Of a stretch of DNA of 64,000 nucleotides, positions 51,511-61,229 are shown in pieces (the first letter of the stretch is position 1; every line of letters begins with the position of its first letter). Where the stretch lies: assembly GCA_965214095.1 (NCBI GenBank), contig OZ243938.1, positions 928,001 through 992,000 on the forward strand, in the 5' to 3' direction. The translations under genes and the position numbers were made by a program. The notes below the pieces were generated by a model. That model had not been told where the DNA came from, made no database searches, and saw only the letters and a program-made list of their open reading frames with translations. The DNA comes from Candidatus Poribacteria bacterium (GTDB taxonomy: Bacteria > Poribacteria > WGA-4E > WGA-3G).

Positions 51511-54500
51511 TTTGCAATGGACATTTTGCGGGTGGCAGTGTAGTTACCGGCGCGTAGGGTGTAGAAATAGATGCCGCTGGCGACCCGTTCACCATAGGCG
51601 TTCTTGCCATCCCAGTGCTCTTGATGAATGCCGACGGTTTGGTGTCCCAATTTTAGGACGCGGACTAACTTGCCATCGGATGTGTAAATTGATATATTGA
51701 CATCTGATGGGGTTGCGAGGTGATACGGTATCCACGTCTCTGGATTAAACGGATTGGGGTAGTTCGGTAATAAAGCCGTCTGCTTGGGTGTTAGAACACT
51801 CAACAACTGTTGCAGAAGGGCAATGCCTTTTTGATATCGGACATCGTTCAAGTCAAGTTGTTCCGCTTGACTCAACCAGGTTTGAATGTCTTGAACATTT
51901 AGATTGGTATTTACGAGTTGAGATACCGATGGCGCAGCTGCTTCGTCCGATATTATGTTTGCAACCAACAATAAATCTCTGATATCAACAACACCATCAT
52001 TATTGACATCAGCTTTATTCAGACCAGTCTTCCCAATATGTTCTGCAACAATTTTTAAATCACTAATATTCACAACTCCGTCACCGTTGACATCCAATGC
52101 TTCAGCGGAGAATAAAACGACATTTCCATTTCTAAGAATCAAAGGTATAGTAGTTAAATCTTGTCGGAGTATGATAGCTTCATAAATGATAATATCTGAA
52201 GGAATTACTTCCATAACTTCAAAAGTAAGGGTTGCCAGTGTGCCGTTACCAACACTTTCCCCTGCGAGCGAAGTCGCAGCGATGGTAACTTGATTTGGAT
52301 TGACAACCGGTAACGCGAAATACGAATCCGTTGGAAGAAATTGCCCTTTTTCACTGTCAACGTACTTCAGTGCTATCGGATCGAATTGAACCGTAACCTG
52401 ATAACCAGCGACGTTCTCAACACCACTGATATCAATATCAATAACGAGATTATCTCCAACAGTAGGAGATATCACGGGTGAGGGTGTTATTCGAACTGTG
52501 GGCGCGGTGATAGGTGTTGGTGAAAGGTCCCATACATAGACACTATTATCTCTACCGCCAGCACTTGCGAGTGTTTTACGGTCTGGACTGAATGCAACTG
52601 TTGTTATCCCATCCGTATGCCCGCGCAAAGTATCAGTCGTTTTGTGGGTGGCCACATCCCACAATCGGATGGTCCTATCATTGCCACCACTTGCAAGTGT
52701 CTGTCCATCAGGGGAAAACGCTACTGCCAATACCCAATCTGAATGTCCATCAAGAATTGCAATGGTAACATAATTTTCTATATCCCATAATCTAACTGTA
52801 TTGTCCCGACTCCCACTTGCAAGGATTTGACCATCTGGACTAAATGCCACTGACGTTACAAAATCCGTATGACCTATGAGTGTAGAGATATGCTTTTGCT
52901 CATTTGCATTCCACAGCCTCACAGTATTATCATAACTACCACTTGCAAGTATCGCTTCACCTGCGGAAAAATCTACTGAAGAGACATCATTTGTATGCCC
53001 CGGTAGAGCGTGTTTTGTAAGATCTGGAATTATTCCGGATCCATGCCATAGCCAGACATCATTATCTAAACCGCCGGTGGCGAACCAATAACTTTCACCA
53101 TTGGGATCCACAGCGACAACTGATGTTAACGCTACATCAATAAGAGCATTTTCATGTCTATTATTAGATGTAATAAGATGGCCGGTATGTGGATTCCAGT
53201 AGCGAATGGTATGGTCCCATCCCACACTCGCAAGGACATTGCCATTGACAGAATAAGCAACTGATGTAACCCCTTCTGTATGTTCTATGAGTGTATTTGT
53301 ATGTGCTCCGGTATCTGGATTCCATAGGCGTATCGTATTATCCATACTGCCACTGACTAGTGTACGTCCATTTGGGGAGAATGTTAGTGAGGACACAGAA
53401 TCAGTGTGTCCTTCGCGTCTGTAGCGGAGCCGTGCACCTTGTGTGGACACGTTCGTCAGTGGTTCACTAGAAATCGTATTAGAATCTATTGGAATATTCT
53501 CGACTGAAGGAATATTGTAATCCGGCACTGTCTCTGAAACGTTTCCATGTACATCAATCCAATTGACTCTAATCCTATCTGGATGAATGTCATCCATACT
53601 TATTTTATCAAAAACAATTTTATTCTTATTTGTTTGTGTATCATCAAATATGCAGCAATTATGGAGCGAATATTTATTGATCTCGCTTGTATTATCCCAT
53701 TTTCTTTGGCGTATATCCTTTGAATAACCTGGTAAGAATCCGTCAGGAACACTCGTTGGAATTAGATACAAGTTTACTTGATGAAGAGCAGGCACACCAG
53801 GACCGGTTAAGAATAGGTGGAATTTTTGTGTATCAGGATCATAATATGTCTCTTTAGAGACTTTAACATCACCTGCAGGAGATGTCTTGGAAAGTGAAGG
53901 ATCGTCTTCAAAAAAACGACTTGCCCTTAACCATGATTTAGTGCATTTGGATAGTTCGTACGGAGTATGGTAAAGAGTTTTGCCTCTAGGACCTTGAATT
54001 TCTACAGTCCCATAAGACATAATATAGGTGCGATTCCTGAAATCATGTAGCAATCCGAATGCATGTCCTAATTCATGTGCTGCGTTGAAATAGATCAATT
54101 CACTATCACACATAGTATTCTCATAGAAAACTGCCCATGATACATCCACTGATGTTTTACCAAAAAATGACTGCCAAAAGGTTGGATTTAAAGTTATATC
54201 ACCTACACCACACAGAGTACTTGGATTGTCTACGTTAGTGGCAATAAGATAAAGATGTTTTGAATTACCGAAATCTGTTTTCTTACGGATTTCATTTGTT
54301 ATCTTAACCGCTTTATTCAAAATATTTATATATTCACTTGCATTGTGATCCGTTTCAATATAATGAACTTTAAAATTGTCATTGTCTTTTTCAATGTTTA
54401 GTCCTTTGTAAAATGAAGTGAGTGTCTTTGCTAAATTCTCCATCCTTATTTGGGTTTCAGCCATATTAAACTCTTTATCTTTTGCGTAAAAGTATACCAT

Positions 54501-54584
54501 CCGCACCATTTGTTTTTGACCAAATGCGGAGAAACATACAAGAAATAAGATTGTAAATGTTGAAAGAACAAGTTTTATTCGCAT
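51507..54584 (-). CDS. Secreted protein: metzincin-like zinc peptidase, WD40, cohesin-like, dockerin and FlgD/T9SS-type C-terminal domain
   Basis: HELGHAFGLLH with IMSYG Met-turn; WD40 repeats; YQVTVQFDP..GNGTLATLTFEV; DVNGDGVVNISDL pair; NYPNPFNPETWIPY. Confidence 0.88.
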   Translation of the reverse strand: MRIKLVLSTFTILFLVCFSAFGQKQMVRMVYFYAKDKEFNMAETQIRMENLAKTLTSFYKGLNIEKDNDNFKVHYIETDHNASEYINILNKAVKITNEIRKKTDFGNSKHLYLIATNVDNPSTLCGVGDITLNPTFWQSFFGKTSVDVSWAVFYENTMCDSELIYFNAAHELGHAFGLLHDFRNRTYIMSYGTVEIQGPRGKTLYHTPYELSKCTKSWLRASRFFEDDPSLSKTSPAGDVKVSKETYYDPDTQKFHLFLTGPGVPALHQVNLYLIPTSVPDGFLPGYSKDIRQRKWDNTSEINKYSLHNCCIFDDTQTNKNKIVFDKISMDDIHPDRIRVNWIDVHGNVSETVPDYNIPSVENIPIDSNTISSEPLTNVSTQGARLRYRREGHTDSVSSLTFSPNGRTLVSGSMDNTIRLWNPDTGAHTNTLIEHTEGVTSVAYSVNGNVLASVGWDHTIRYWNPHTGHLITSNNRHENALIDVALTSVVAVDPNGESYWFATGGLDNDVWLWHGSGIIPDLTKHALPGHTNDVSSVDFSAGEAILASGSYDNTVRLWNANEQKHISTLIGHTDFVTSVAFSPDGQILASGSRDNTVRLWDIENYVTIAILDGHSDWVLAVAFSPDGQTLASGGNDRTIRLWDVATHKTTDTLRGHTDGITTVAFSPDRKTLASAGGRDNSVYVWDLSPTPITAPTVRITPSPVISPTVGDNLVIDIDISGVENVAGYQVTVQFDPIALKYVDSEKGQFLPTDSYFALPVVNPNQVTIAATSLAGESVGNGTLATLTFEVMEVIPSDIIIYEAIILRQDLTTIPLILRNGNVVLFSAEALDVNGDGVVNISDLKIVAEHIGKTGLNKADVNNDGVVDIRDLLLVANIISDEAAAPSVSQLVNTNLNVQDIQTWLSQAEQLDLNDVRYQKGIALLQQLLSVLTPKQTALLPNYPNPFNPETWIPYHLATPSDVNISIYTSDGKLVRVLKLGHQTVGIHQEHWDGKNAYGERVASGIYFYTLRAGNYTATRKMSIAK

Positions 54585-54809
54585 GTTGTATTTTCCTCAT
54601 TAAAGTTTTTGTTAATATAAGTGTTACTATTTTTAACACATTTTTGTTGAAATAATTGATAGATCTGTTATGTTTTGTATAGAAAAATCTTGAATTAAAT
54701 GAAATTATATATGTTGTGTTCTTAAGACTCATATTATCTTAATAACCATAATGAGTCAATATTAATTAAGTTTTCTATATTTAGTTAGAGTGTCGTCTCT
54801 CTGGTGTTG

Positions 54810-54956
54810 AAGAGGGTGAGGTTAGGGCCGGTGCCTACGGACTAATTGGGGTTGGAAAGCCCTCCTACAACGTAAGAGGCGCAATCGTGGTTGAAAACCA
54901 CTCCAACAATGGAAGCGCGCCTACGAATAGGTTGTCGGGGTTGGAACTACGCCTAC
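54810..54956. repeat. Cluster of degenerate REP-like units ending CCTAC
   Basis: GGGGTTGGAAAGCCCTCCTAC, GTGGTTGAAAACCAC, GGGGTTGGAACTACGCCTAC; a related reverse copy lies near 39619-39643. Confidence 0.55.
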
Positions 54957-57898
54957 TTTGCAATGGACATTTTGCGGGTGGCGGTGTAGTTACCAGCGCG
55001 TAGGGTGTAGAAATAGATGCCGCTGGCGACCCTTTCACCATAGGCATTCTTGCCATCCCAGTGCTCTTGATGAATGCCGACTGTTTGGTTTCCCAATTTT
55101 AGGGCGCGGACTAACTTGCCATCGGATGTGTAAATTGTTATGTTGACATCGGATGGGGTTGCGAGGTGATACGGTATCCACGTCTCGGGGTTGAATGGGT
55201 TGGGGTAGTTCGGTAATAATGCTGTCTGTTTGGGTGTCAAGGAGTTCAGGAGGTTCTCAAGAAATAAGACACCGCGTTGAAAATCAGGATCGGATAGATT
55301 GAGAGACCGTGCCTCGTGCAGCCAGGATTGGACATCTTCACGGGATGGCAAATCTGATAGCAACGCTGGGGCTGCTACGTCATCACCGTTGTTACCGATG
55401 GCGGCTGCGACTAATGCTAAATCTACGATGTTGACAATGCCGTCACCATTGACATCGGCAGGATTGGCACCTATCTTTCCGAGGTTCGCGGCGACGAAAG
55501 TCAGATCAGATATGTTGACGACACCATCACCGTTGACATCTTCGGACAGAACCAAGGATTTCAGTATCTCCGCACTTGCTATCTGCGGGACTGTGCTACT
55601 ACCGAGACTATCTGTCAATAGCACATCGGATATGCTGACGGTGGAGTCTTTTTGTGCGATGACTTCAAATGTGATGGTGGCGAGTGTGCCGTCTCCGTTG
55701 GATTGTTCTCCAAATGCGGTGGCTGTTAAGGTAATAGAAGATTGTGGTTCGGTAACGGAGTTGGAAACATCTCCAACTATGTAATATGGGTTGCTATGGA
55801 GATAGTCTCCGACGGTGCTATCAACATAAGTGAGCGCGGTGTTGTCATATTGCACGGTGGCTTGATAGCCTGCTACGTCTTGTCCTTCAGTGATGTCCAA
55901 AGATAGCGTAAGGTGTTCACCGATGGCGGGTGACTGGACTTTGGCAGGAGATAACTTCACTATGGTTGGTGACGGGATTCCTGGCTCAATGTCCCATAAG
56001 AGGATCGTTCCGTCAGCACTGCTACTGGCTAATGTTCGTCCATCGGGACTAAACGTGACAAGACGAATCCAAGATGTGTGTCCCTTCAAAACACGCGTTT
56101 GCGTAATATCAGCCATATCCCACAGTCGCACGGTGCTATCACGGAACCCCATAGCCGCCATTGTGCCATCGGAATTGAGTGCCATATAATTAAGTTCACG
56201 CATCTCTCCGGGCATAGGTATCGTCCGCAGTTCCGTCCCAGTCTCAACATTCCATTGATGGATGAATCCAAAACTCATGCTTGTTATTGTTTGTCCATCT
56301 GGACTGAACGCGATGTCGTGTGCGGTATATTCGGGTGTATCGATTTTCCGTAGGTGTGTTCCGTTGTCAACATCCCAGAATCGGATTGCATTGTCAGTGG
56401 CACAACTTGCGATGGTTGTTCCATCAGGGCTGAAGGCAATTTTCTCGACCCATCTTGAATGTTCTATCTCAAGGTTACGTTGATTTCTCCCAAATATTGG
56501 TCCTGTGCGCGTATAAACTTTGATGCTATGCAGTTGTTTTCCGCTTGCTGTTTCATAGGTGCGGAGATGGTCTGCTGAATTGGTGTTGACTATGCATGCC
56601 ACCAGTTCGCCATCCCGACTGAATGTGATACTATATGGGTCTCCAGATGTATCTATGGGTGGAAGGTGTGCCGTGCCAGTATCCGTATCCCACAATCTGA
56701 GAGTCTCGTCATCACTACCCGTCGCAAGTATTGTGCCGTCCGGACTATATGCGAGCGATCTGATATATCGGGTATGCCCGCTGAATTTGTGTTTGAGTTT
56801 TCCTGTGTCCGTATCTGCCAAAAGGACTGATGCCCCGTTACCTCCGGTGGCGATCGTGTTCTCTGTTGGACTGAAAGCGGCTTGCGTGCTGAAATAGGTG
56901 TGTTTTGTTAATGTGCGTATTTTCATTACTGTGGCGACATCCCAAATATAGATGTGTGTGTCATATCCACCTGTAGCGAATGTGTTCCCGTCTGCACTGA
57001 AGATAACCGATCTTGGTGTATGGGAATATTCTGTAATTCTGTTTATCATTTCACCTGTATTTAGATTCCATAATCGGATGTCGTAGTGTCTGTCGCAAGC
57101 GATGAGGATGTTGTTGTGTGGACTTACCGCGACATCTAAGATCTCATCAAAATGTCCACGGAGTGTATTGGTAAGATTACCAGTGTTGACATCCCAAAGC
57201 CGTATGGTTTCGTCTCGGCTCCCGCTGACAAGCGTTTTACCATCGGGTGTAAAGGTGAGGGTAGAGACCATTTCTTCATGGTCGGTTAGGGTGTGCCTGA
57301 TTGTGCCAGTGTTGACATCCCAGAGGCGGATTGTGCTGTCATACCATCCGGTTGCTAAAGTCTTACCATCTGGACTGAATTGGATGCATTGCAAGCCGTA
57401 CCATGTTTCCTCTCCTTTGAGTGTGCGTATGCTCTCGCCTGTGTCTGGATTCCAGAGTTGGACTGTGCCTAAGGATCCGTTACTTGCGATGATTGAGCCA
57501 TCTGGACTAAATGCGACTCCTTTGTTAATCCAACTGGTTTCTGCTGGGAAGGTGCGGAGGAGTCTTCCGCTTTCCACATCCCATAGACTGTGCGGCGCGC
57601 CTCTCGCCGTACCGACAAGCTTCGTGCCGTCTGGACTGAATGCGATACTTTCAACTGCTGCTTGTTCTGTTGCGAGTAGTTGAAGTTCATTGCCTGTCCC
57701 CACATCGTATAACCATACGCCGATGTATGTTGCTGCTGCTAACATTGTGCCGTCTGGTGAATATTCAATCTGTTCGATTGCGCCTTTCCCTAATCGAGCT
57801 TTTGCGCCTTCGGGTAGATGCCATTGGGGTGAGTCTTGGGCATGTGCTATTGATATGACTATGAGAGCGATGAGGATTGAAAGTCTGATGGATTTCAT
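54953..57898 (-). CDS. Secreted protein: WD40, cohesin-like, dockerin and FlgD/T9SS-type C-terminal domain
   Basis: LPEGAKARLGKG, WD40 repeats, dockerin pair, NYPNPFNP. Confidence 0.92.
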   Translation of the reverse strand: MKSIRLSILIALIVISIAHAQDSPQWHLPEGAKARLGKGAIEQIEYSPDGTMLAAATYIGVWLYDVGTGNELQLLATEQAAVESIAFSPDGTKLVGTARGAPHSLWDVESGRLLRTFPAETSWINKGVAFSPDGSIIASNGSLGTVQLWNPDTGESIRTLKGEETWYGLQCIQFSPDGKTLATGWYDSTIRLWDVNTGTIRHTLTDHEEMVSTLTFTPDGKTLVSGSRDETIRLWDVNTGNLTNTLRGHFDEILDVAVSPHNNILIACDRHYDIRLWNLNTGEMINRITEYSHTPRSVIFSADGNTFATGGYDTHIYIWDVATVMKIRTLTKHTYFSTQAAFSPTENTIATGGNGASVLLADTDTGKLKHKFSGHTRYIRSLAYSPDGTILATGSDDETLRLWDTDTGTAHLPPIDTSGDPYSITFSRDGELVACIVNTNSADHLRTYETASGKQLHSIKVYTRTGPIFGRNQRNLEIEHSRWVEKIAFSPDGTTIASCATDNAIRFWDVDNGTHLRKIDTPEYTAHDIAFSPDGQTITSMSFGFIHQWNVETGTELRTIPMPGEMRELNYMALNSDGTMAAMGFRDSTVRLWDMADITQTRVLKGHTSWIRLVTFSPDGRTLASSSADGTILLWDIEPGIPSPTIVKLSPAKVQSPAIGEHLTLSLDITEGQDVAGYQATVQYDNTALTYVDSTVGDYLHSNPYYIVGDVSNSVTEPQSSITLTATAFGEQSNGDGTLATITFEVIAQKDSTVSISDVLLTDSLGSSTVPQIASAEILKSLVLSEDVNGDGVVNISDLTFVAANLGKIGANPADVNGDGIVNIVDLALVAAAIGNNGDDVAAPALLSDLPSREDVQSWLHEARSLNLSDPDFQRGVLFLENLLNSLTPKQTALLPNYPNPFNPETWIPYHLATPSDVNITIYTSDGKLVRALKLGNQTVGIHQEHWDGKNAYGERVASGIYFYTLRAGNYTATRKMSIAK

Positions 57899-58064
57899 GG
57901 TTTAACTCCTATGATGGAAACTATTCTAAAACGCGCCTACGGTCTCTTTTGTAATTGTTTTAGCAATTTTGTGCCAGTTTTTTGTGCTGTTTGTTGCACG
58001 TTTTGGTGCAGGTTTTGAATTTTTGTGAACCGGGATTTGTAGGATTCTTGTCTGCGTTTACCTG

Positions 58065-61019
58065 CTACTTTGTGATTGTCATTTTGCGGGTGGCAGTATA
58101 ATCCCCTGCGGTGAGGGTGTAGAAATAGACGCCGCTGGCGACCTTTTCTCCATAGGCGTTCTTGCCATCCCAGTGCTCTTGATGAATGCCGACTGTTTGG
58201 TTTCCTAATTTTAGCGCGCGGACTAACTTGCCATCGGATGTGTAAATTGTTATATTGACATCTGATGGGGTTGCGAGGTGATACGGTATCCACGTCTCTG
58301 GATTAAACGGGTTGGGGTAGTTCGGTAATAATGTTGTCTGTTTGGGTGTCAAGGAGTTCAGGAAGTTCTCAAGAAATAAGACACCGCGTTGAAAATCAGG
58401 ATCGGATAGATTGAGAGACCGTGCCTCCCGTAGCCATGTTTCTACCGATGTGCGTGATGGCAGTTCTGAATGGAAGGAAGGGACAGCTGCGGCATCACCG
58501 TTGTTACCGATGGCGGCTGCGACTAATGCTAAATCTATGATGTTGACGATGCCGTCACCATTGACATCGGCAGGATTGGCACCTATCTTTCCGAGGTTCG
58601 CGGCGACGAAAGTCAGATCAGATATGTTGACGACACCATCACCGTTGACATCTTCGGACAGAACCAAGGATTCAAGTATCTCTGCACCTGCTATCTGCGG
58701 GACTGTGCTACTACCGAGACTATCTGTCAATAGCACATCGGATATGCTGATGGTGGAGTCTTTTTGTGCAATAACCTCAAATGTGATGGTGGCGAGCGTG
58801 CCGTCTCCGTTAGATTGTTCTCCAAATGCGGTGGCGGTTAAGGTTATAGAAGATTGTGGTTCGGTAACTGCGTTGGAAACATCTCCAACAATGTAATAGG
58901 GATTGCTTTGGAGATAGTTTCCGACGGTGCTATCAACATAAGTGAGTGCGGTGTTGTCATAGTTGACGGTGGCTTGATAGCCTGCTACATCTTGTCCTTC
59001 AGTGATGTCCAAAGATAGCGTGAGGTGTTCACCGATGACGGGTGACTGGACTTTGGCAGGAGATAACTTCACTATGGTGGGAGACGGCACTATAGGTGTG
59101 ATGTCCCATAATAAGGTCGTTCCACCAGAACTGCTACTCGCTAATGTTCGTCCATCGGGACTAAACGTGACAAGATTAACCGAAGATGTGTGTCCCTTCA
59201 AAATACGCGTTTGCGTAATATCAGTCATATCCCACAGCCGCACGGTGCCATCGCTGTACCCCATTGCCGCCATAGTGCTATCGGAACTGAGTCCCATATA
59301 ACTGAGTCTACGTGTCTCTCCGGGCATAGGTACCGTCCGTAGTTCTGTCCCAGTCTCAACATTCCATTGATGTATGAATCCAAAACTTATGCCTGTAATT
59401 GTTTGTCCATCTGGACTGAACGCGATGTCGCTTATGCGATATTCGTGTGTCTCGATTTTTCGTAGGTGTGTTCCGTTGTCAACATCCCAGAATCGGATTG
59501 CATTGTCAGCGGCACAACTTGCGATGGTTGTTCCATCAGGGCTGAAGGCAATTGCCCTGACCCAGTAAGAATGCTCTATCTCAAGGTTAGGTTGATTACC
59601 CCATAGTCCTGGTCCATGTCCTGTGCGCGTATAAACTTTGATACTATGCAGTTGTTTTCCACTTGCTGTTTCAAAGGTGTAGATGTGTTGTTCTGAATTG
59701 GTGTAGAATAAGCCTGCCACCCGTTCGCCATCCCGACTGAATGTGATATGATATGTGGATCCAGATGTATCCATAGGTGGAAGGAGTGCCGTGCCAGTTT
59801 GTGCATCCCATAATCTGATCGTATCATCATGCCCCGTTGCAAGCATTGTGCCGTCTGGACTATATGCTAATGTTTTGATAGATTGGGAAGTTCCGTTGAA
59901 TTTGTGTTTTAGTTTTCCTGTTTCCGTATCTGCCAAAAAGACTGTTCCAGCGTAGCCTGGGAGGGCGATTGTGTTCTCTGTTGGACTGAATGCGCCATGC
60001 GTACTGTAAGATGTGTGTTTTGTAAAACTGCGCATTTTCATTGCAGTGGCGACATCCCAAATATAGATGCGCGCCTCATGTCCGCCTGTAGCGAATGTGT
60101 TTCCATCTGCGCTAAAGATGATCGATCTTGGTATTTGCAAATGTTCTCTTCCACCAATTCTTTTTAGCATTTCACCTGTATTTAGATTCCATATTCGGAT
60201 TTCGTAGCATCTGTCGCAAGCGATGAGGATGTTGTTGTGTGGACTTACCGCGACATCTAAGATCTCATCCAAATGTCCAACGAGTGTATTGGTAAGATTG
60301 CCAGTGTTGACATCCCAGAGCCGTATGGTTTCGTCTCGGCTCCCGCTGACAAGCATTTTGCCATTGGGTGTAAAGGTGAGGGTAGAGACCATTTCTTCAT
60401 GGTCGGTTAGGGTGTGCCTAATTGTGCCCGTGTTGACATCCCAGAGAATGATTGTGCTGTCATGCCATCCGGTTGCTAAAGTCTTACCATCTGGACTGAA
60501 TTGGATGCAATTCAAGTCGGTCCATGATTCCTCTCCTTTGAGTGTACGTATGTTCTCGCCTGTGTCTGGATTCCAGAGTTGGACTGTGCCTGAGGATCCG
60601 TTACCTGCGATGATTGTGCCATCTGGACTAAATGCGACTCCTTTGTTGGACCAACCGGTTTCTGCTGGGAAGGTACGGAGGAGTCTTCCGCTTTCCACAT
60701 CCCATAGACTGAGCGGCGTGCCTCTCGCTGAACTGACAAGTTTTGTGCCGTCTGGACTGAATGCGATACTTTGAACTGGTGCTTGTTCTGTTGCGAGTAG
60801 TTGAAGTTCATTGCCTGTCTCCACGTCGTATAACCATACGCCGATGTATGTTGCTGCTGCTAACATTGTGCCGCCTGGTGAATATTCAATCTGTTCGATT
60901 CTGCCTCCGCCTAAGCGGACTTTTGCGCCTTCAGGTAGATGCCATTGGGGTACGTCGTGGGCATGTGCAATTGTTATGAGGATGTGCGTTATGATGATTG
61001 AGAGTCTGATGGATTTCAT
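58065..61019 (-). CDS. Tandem paralogue of 54953-57898
   Basis: Colinear and highly similar at DNA level. Start is ATG 61019 after AGGAG. Confidence 0.92.
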   Translation of the reverse strand: MKSIRLSIIITHILITIAHAHDVPQWHLPEGAKVRLGGGRIEQIEYSPGGTMLAAATYIGVWLYDVETGNELQLLATEQAPVQSIAFSPDGTKLVSSARGTPLSLWDVESGRLLRTFPAETGWSNKGVAFSPDGTIIAGNGSSGTVQLWNPDTGENIRTLKGEESWTDLNCIQFSPDGKTLATGWHDSTIILWDVNTGTIRHTLTDHEEMVSTLTFTPNGKMLVSGSRDETIRLWDVNTGNLTNTLVGHLDEILDVAVSPHNNILIACDRCYEIRIWNLNTGEMLKRIGGREHLQIPRSIIFSADGNTFATGGHEARIYIWDVATAMKMRSFTKHTSYSTHGAFSPTENTIALPGYAGTVFLADTETGKLKHKFNGTSQSIKTLAYSPDGTMLATGHDDTIRLWDAQTGTALLPPMDTSGSTYHITFSRDGERVAGLFYTNSEQHIYTFETASGKQLHSIKVYTRTGHGPGLWGNQPNLEIEHSYWVRAIAFSPDGTTIASCAADNAIRFWDVDNGTHLRKIETHEYRISDIAFSPDGQTITGISFGFIHQWNVETGTELRTVPMPGETRRLSYMGLSSDSTMAAMGYSDGTVRLWDMTDITQTRILKGHTSSVNLVTFSPDGRTLASSSSGGTTLLWDITPIVPSPTIVKLSPAKVQSPVIGEHLTLSLDITEGQDVAGYQATVNYDNTALTYVDSTVGNYLQSNPYYIVGDVSNAVTEPQSSITLTATAFGEQSNGDGTLATITFEVIAQKDSTISISDVLLTDSLGSSTVPQIAGAEILESLVLSEDVNGDGVVNISDLTFVAANLGKIGANPADVNGDGIVNIIDLALVAAAIGNNGDAAAVPSFHSELPSRTSVETWLREARSLNLSDPDFQRGVLFLENFLNSLTPKQTTLLPNYPNPFNPETWIPYHLATPSDVNITIYTSDGKLVRALKLGNQTVGIHQEHWDGKNAYGEKVASGVYFYTLTAGDYTATRKMTITK

Positions 61020-61056
61020 GGTTTGACTCCTATGTCTGTGTTTGTGGTAGGATTGA

Positions 61057-61137
61057 AGCAATTGTTGTGCCAGTTTTTTGTGCTGTTTGTTGCACGTTTT
61101 GGTGCAGGTTCTGATGTTTGCTGCACGTTTTGGTGCG
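61057..61137 (-). promoter_or_regulatory. Putative sigma54 promoter with two palindromic activator-like sites
   Basis: TGGCAC-N5-TTGC at 61072-61057; TGCACGTTTTGGTGC(A/G) at 61091 and 61122. Confidence 0.6.
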
Positions 61138-61193
61138 GGTTGTGTGGACTAGGATTTGCTGGAGAATGTCCGAGGCGCAATGAATTGCACGAC

Positions 61194-61222
61194 TTGACAG
61201 AAAAACATGCATCTGCTACGAT
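61194..61222 (+). promoter_or_regulatory. sigma70 promoter predicting a leaderless transcript
   Basis: TTGACA-17-TACGAT with extended TG, 7 nt before ATG 61230, no SD sequence. Confidence 0.6.
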
Positions 61223-61229
61223 ACCTACC

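Noticed and set aside
51507-58350. DGR template/variable repeat pair among the near-identical 3' gene ends
   Set aside because: All copies are coding, the differences are not adenine-specific, and no reverse transcriptase is present in the window.
55299-60774. Long antisense ORFs repeated opposite both WD40 paralogues
   Set aside because: They are shadow frames produced by repeat codon bias and the gene duplication.
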